Source: a virus
Taxonomy: Duplodnaviria > Caudoviricetes
DNA length: 27,934 bases
Virus record (IMG/VR): IMGVR_UViG_3300032320_000131
Coordinates: 1 to 27,934 of that record
Direction: 5' to 3' (one strand)
A program made the translations under genes and the position numbers. Below are positions 25,771 through 27,934 of the stretch, piece after piece. The notes under the pieces were generated by a model, which saw only the letters and a list, made by a program, of their open reading frames with translations, was not told the DNA's origin and did no database searches. The stretch's first letter is position 1; each line of letters starts with the position of its first letter.

Positions 25771-25849
25771 AGACAGACTTCACCTGATCCACAAATTCTG
25801 CCACCTTCGGCATTAGCTGCCGATTCTTTCGCTGTACCTCGGTCTCCAT
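25556..25849 (-). CDS. Hypothetical phage protein, 97 aa, overlapping the helicase end and ninB start
   Basis: N-terminal half NRQLMPKVAEFVDQVKSVFGDCKVKYASENG looks like a genuine phage protein; GGGAG RBS upstream. Confidence 0.5.
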   Translation of the reverse strand: METEVQRKNRQLMPKVAEFVDQVKSVFGDCKVKYASENGIERGTKVSSELDGGAETGFLGYESGFDWSAYAADIADRERKAQEPTKPQILGNRTRYK

Positions 25850-26712
25850 CTGTTGTTCTCCCTGTAGAACTGACCATCGGGGTTAAAGAATAGCCCAATG
25901 CGACCTTCCCAGTCTCCGTGACGGTTCTTGTCGCATACCAGTAAGGCATCGACACCATCATCATCTTCGCCGTTCTGGATGCGCTGCTCTTTCTTTTTGT
26001 TGCGCCAGACTGAGAAGCATTGGTCTACCTGATCCGTAATCGAGCCGGAACCTTTGCTGTCGTACTTGCCTGGAACTTGCGATTCATCTGCCAGCTTGCG
26101 ACTGTGGTGAACAATGTGAATATGAATGTTATGGTCTCTGGCGATAGAACACAGTGCATCAATCATCAGCTTCTGACCGTTGTAATCGTCTTCATTGCGA
26201 ACAGTCTTCATGAGGCTGTCCACCACAAAGTGCTGCACACCTTTAACGTCGGCGCAGTATTGAATCACTTTAAGTAGTTCTTTGCTGTCAACGGTTCCCT
26301 GCTGGTCGTATAGCCAAAGTCTGCCAGCCAAAAAGTTGTGGAAGTCCTTGATGAACTTTTCCGTCGGGCCAGCAAAGCCTAGTGCCTGCTTGGTCATGCG
26401 TTTAAGCGTAGCGGCTGGCTTCATCTCGAAGCTAGCAATGCAAACCGTTGCGCCTTGGAACAAGAAGTCCAGCATTACATGAGAAGTCATCATCGACTTG
26501 CCGTGACCATTGATGCCCATCCATAGGCTTACTTCTTGCGGCCGGAACCTGATGTTCTCCTGCGTCTTGGGCCAAGGCAATGTGTGACCAGATACGCTCT
26601 CAGGATTGGCAAACGCATCAATCACAACATCCATGTACTCATCTGCGGATCGGATAGCCAGCGCAGTCCTGGGTGGTTGATAGCCTTCTAGGTCTTTCGG
26701 TGTGATGAGCAT
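25813..26712 (-). CDS. SF4 (DnaB/T7 gp4-like) replicative helicase without primase domain, 299 aa
   Basis: Start ATG 26712 with GGAGGA RBS; Walker A GINGHGKS, SFEM, Walker B FVVDSL, HHSRK, KGSGSI and KNRHG motifs. Confidence 0.9.
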   Translation of the reverse strand: MLITPKDLEGYQPPRTALAIRSADEYMDVVIDAFANPESVSGHTLPWPKTQENIRFRPQEVSLWMGINGHGKSMMTSHVMLDFLFQGATVCIASFEMKPAATLKRMTKQALGFAGPTEKFIKDFHNFLAGRLWLYDQQGTVDSKELLKVIQYCADVKGVQHFVVDSLMKTVRNEDDYNGQKLMIDALCSIARDHNIHIHIVHHSRKLADESQVPGKYDSKGSGSITDQVDQCFSVWRNKKKEQRIQNGEDDDGVDALLVCDKNRHGDWEGRIGLFFNPDGQFYRENNRWRPRYSERIGS

Positions 26713-26739
26713 TGTTCCTCCATGTGAGCCTTCAGTTTG

Positions 26740-26781
26740 CCACAAAAAAATTGTTGACACGGTAACTTTTTTGCGGATGAT
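26740..26781. promoter_or_regulatory. Divergent promoter/operator region
   Basis: TTGACA (26754-26759)-N16-GATGAT on the plus strand, inside an inverted repeat CCACAAAAAA..TTTTTTGCGG between two divergent operons. Confidence 0.55.
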
Positions 26782-26814
26782 ACGGGTTGTGCATCCCGCA
26801 CCCAAGGAGACGAA

Positions 26815-26934
26815 ATGTTTGACGATATGAAGGACATGACCGCAGTGGAATGGGTAGAAACAATCATCTTCACGCTGTTCGTTCTGGTGTCAGTTCCGAC
26901 AGTGTTTGCAATCGCGGAGTTGGCAATTGACTAA
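26815..26934 (+). CDS. Small single-pass membrane peptide, 39 aa
   Basis: Not in ORF track. AAGGAG RBS; MFDDMKDMTAVEWVETIIFTLFVLVSVPTVFAIAELAID. Confidence 0.7.
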   Translation: MFDDMKDMTAVEWVETIIFTLFVLVSVPTVFAIAELAID

Positions 26935-27172
26935 TGGTCAAAAGTTAAAGCAATGGCGAACTGAGCAAAATCTGTCGCCTAATCGCTTGGCATCGCTGTT
27001 ATCAGGAATCACAAAAAAACCTACCAGCAGGCACACAGTCATGCGATGGGAAAAGCAAAAACGAATACCTTACACGCTTTATGCAAATGCAATCTACGAA
27101 TTGACCAAAGGTTTAGTTGATTTCTCACAAGAAGACAAACCTAGATTTAAATTTATCAAGGAGATGAAATGA
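26927..27172 (+). CDS. Cro/XRE-family HTH regulator, 81 aa
   Basis: TTG start with GGAG RBS; LKQWRTEQNLSPNRLASLL..SRHTVMRWE...RIP..IYELTKGLV. Confidence 0.8.
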   Translation: MTNGQKLKQWRTEQNLSPNRLASLLSGITKKPTSRHTVMRWEKQKRIPYTLYANAIYELTKGLVDFSQEDKPRFKFIKEMK

Positions 27173-27573
27173 CACGCGATGACATCATCCGTATGGCGGG
27201 GCATCGAGAAGTGCCGCCTTGGGTCATGAAATTGGTACAAGATTGCGTGGATGCGGAGCGTGAGGCGTGCTGTAGATGCCATCCGAGCAAGGGGAGAGAA
27301 ATGACACACGATCAGTGGTTGGAACAGCCATACGTTAGTGCAGCAGATCGTCAATCCAGCATGGAATTGATGATGGAAGAAATCTTTTATGGTTATGACA
27401 AGTTGGCAATGTTCGCGGAGTTTATGGAAGATGCAACCTACGATGACATCCTCGCGCAGTACATCGTTGAAAAGAAGTTTGCAGAAGCAGGACGCTGCCT
27501 ATGGTCTGACTACATCGACTGGCTGTGGGACTGCGCCCAAACCGAAGCAGAGCATCGAATTCGGTTCCAATGA
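27169..27573 (+). CDS. Hypothetical ORF, probably an in-frame fusion of a damaged small gene and a second gene starting at 27301
   Basis: AAGGAG RBS before 27169; second RBS GGGGAG before ATG 27301; +1 frame reads DAIRARGEK-stop ending at 27304. Confidence 0.6.
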   Translation: MTRDDIIRMAGHREVPPWVMKLVQDCVDAEREACCRCHPSKGREMTHDQWLEQPYVSAADRQSSMELMMEEIFYGYDKLAMFAEFMEDATYDDILAQYIVEKKFAEAGRCLWSDYIDWLWDCAQTEAEHRIRFQ

Positions 27574-27617
27574 AGAGTACGAATACTGGTTGCAGGAAAT
27601 GACACAAGGAGACTTTC

Positions 27618-27934
27618 GTGAGTAAGTATGCAGATCGCAGGAAGATTGACGTTTCTCAGCACATTGAGAAGAAGAATGGTCTTTCGTATTTGTCTTGGCC
27701 CTATGCGATTGACACTTTGCTTTCGCATGACGAAACAGCAACATGGGAATATGGCGAGCCTATCCGCTTTGGCAATACGTTGATGGTTTCAGTAACCGTT
27801 CATGCTTTTGGCATATCTCGCAAGTGCTTGCTGCCAGTTATGAACCATCGTAACCAAGCAATTGAAAACCCCGACTCAATGGCCGTGAATACGGCATATG
27901 CTAGATGCCTCGTTAAGTGTTGCGGGTATCACGG
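27618..27934 (+). CDS. Sak3/DUF1071-like single-strand annealing protein, 3' end outside window
   Basis: Not in ORF track. GTG start with AAGGAG RBS; IDVSQHIEKKNGLSYLSW..LPVMNHRNQAI..VNTAYARCLVK..HG. Confidence 0.85.
   Translation, partial: MSKYADRRKIDVSQHIEKKNGLSYLSWPYAIDTLLSHDETATWEYGEPIRFGNTLMVSVTVHAFGISRKCLLPVMNHRNQAIENPDSMAVNTAYARCLVKCCGYH

Noticed and set aside
26713-26805. N-terminal extensions in the ORF track (helicase from 26805; also 2254, 2945, 15117, 19362, 20624, 23056)
   Set aside because: Downstream starts have better RBSs or stop/start coupling, and the extensions run through promoters or other genes.
27389-27625. 78-aa plus-strand ORF ending EEYEYWLQEMTQGDFRE
   Set aside because: It mostly overlaps the 27301-27573 coding region and has no clear start; the tail could be a gene remnant but support is too weak.
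1-27934. Stop-codon reassignment
   Set aside because: TAG, TGA and TAA all end genes at sensible boundaries, and core genes are uninterrupted in the standard code.

Overview
Part of a tailed dsDNA phage genome with podovirus-like (P22/SU10-like) architecture, read in the standard genetic code. Positions 1-23428 form one minus-strand late/morphogenesis operon. In transcription order it holds: small basic and accessory genes, a methyltransferase, TerS, TerL, portal, a large Gly/Ala/Thr-rich protein, scaffold, major capsid, a GT2-like glycosyltransferase, adaptor, tail proteins, three ejection-type proteins, tail fibre genes interrupted by a free-standing GIY-YIG endonuclease, and a truncated tail assembly chaperone. 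The 23430-23990 intergenic region has sigma70-like promoters and a minus-strand non-coding cassette: a C4/CI-like antisense RNA with upstream complementary targets, then an unexplained ~185-nt, probably pseudoknotted RNA. Positions 24176-26712 are a minus-strand replication/recombination block (SF4 helicase, NinB, Ref-like nuclease, DUF3310, resolvase). A divergent plus-strand early block follows (membrane peptide, Cro/XRE HTH, Sak3-like annealing protein). All family assignments come from motif recognition by eye; no database searches were run.
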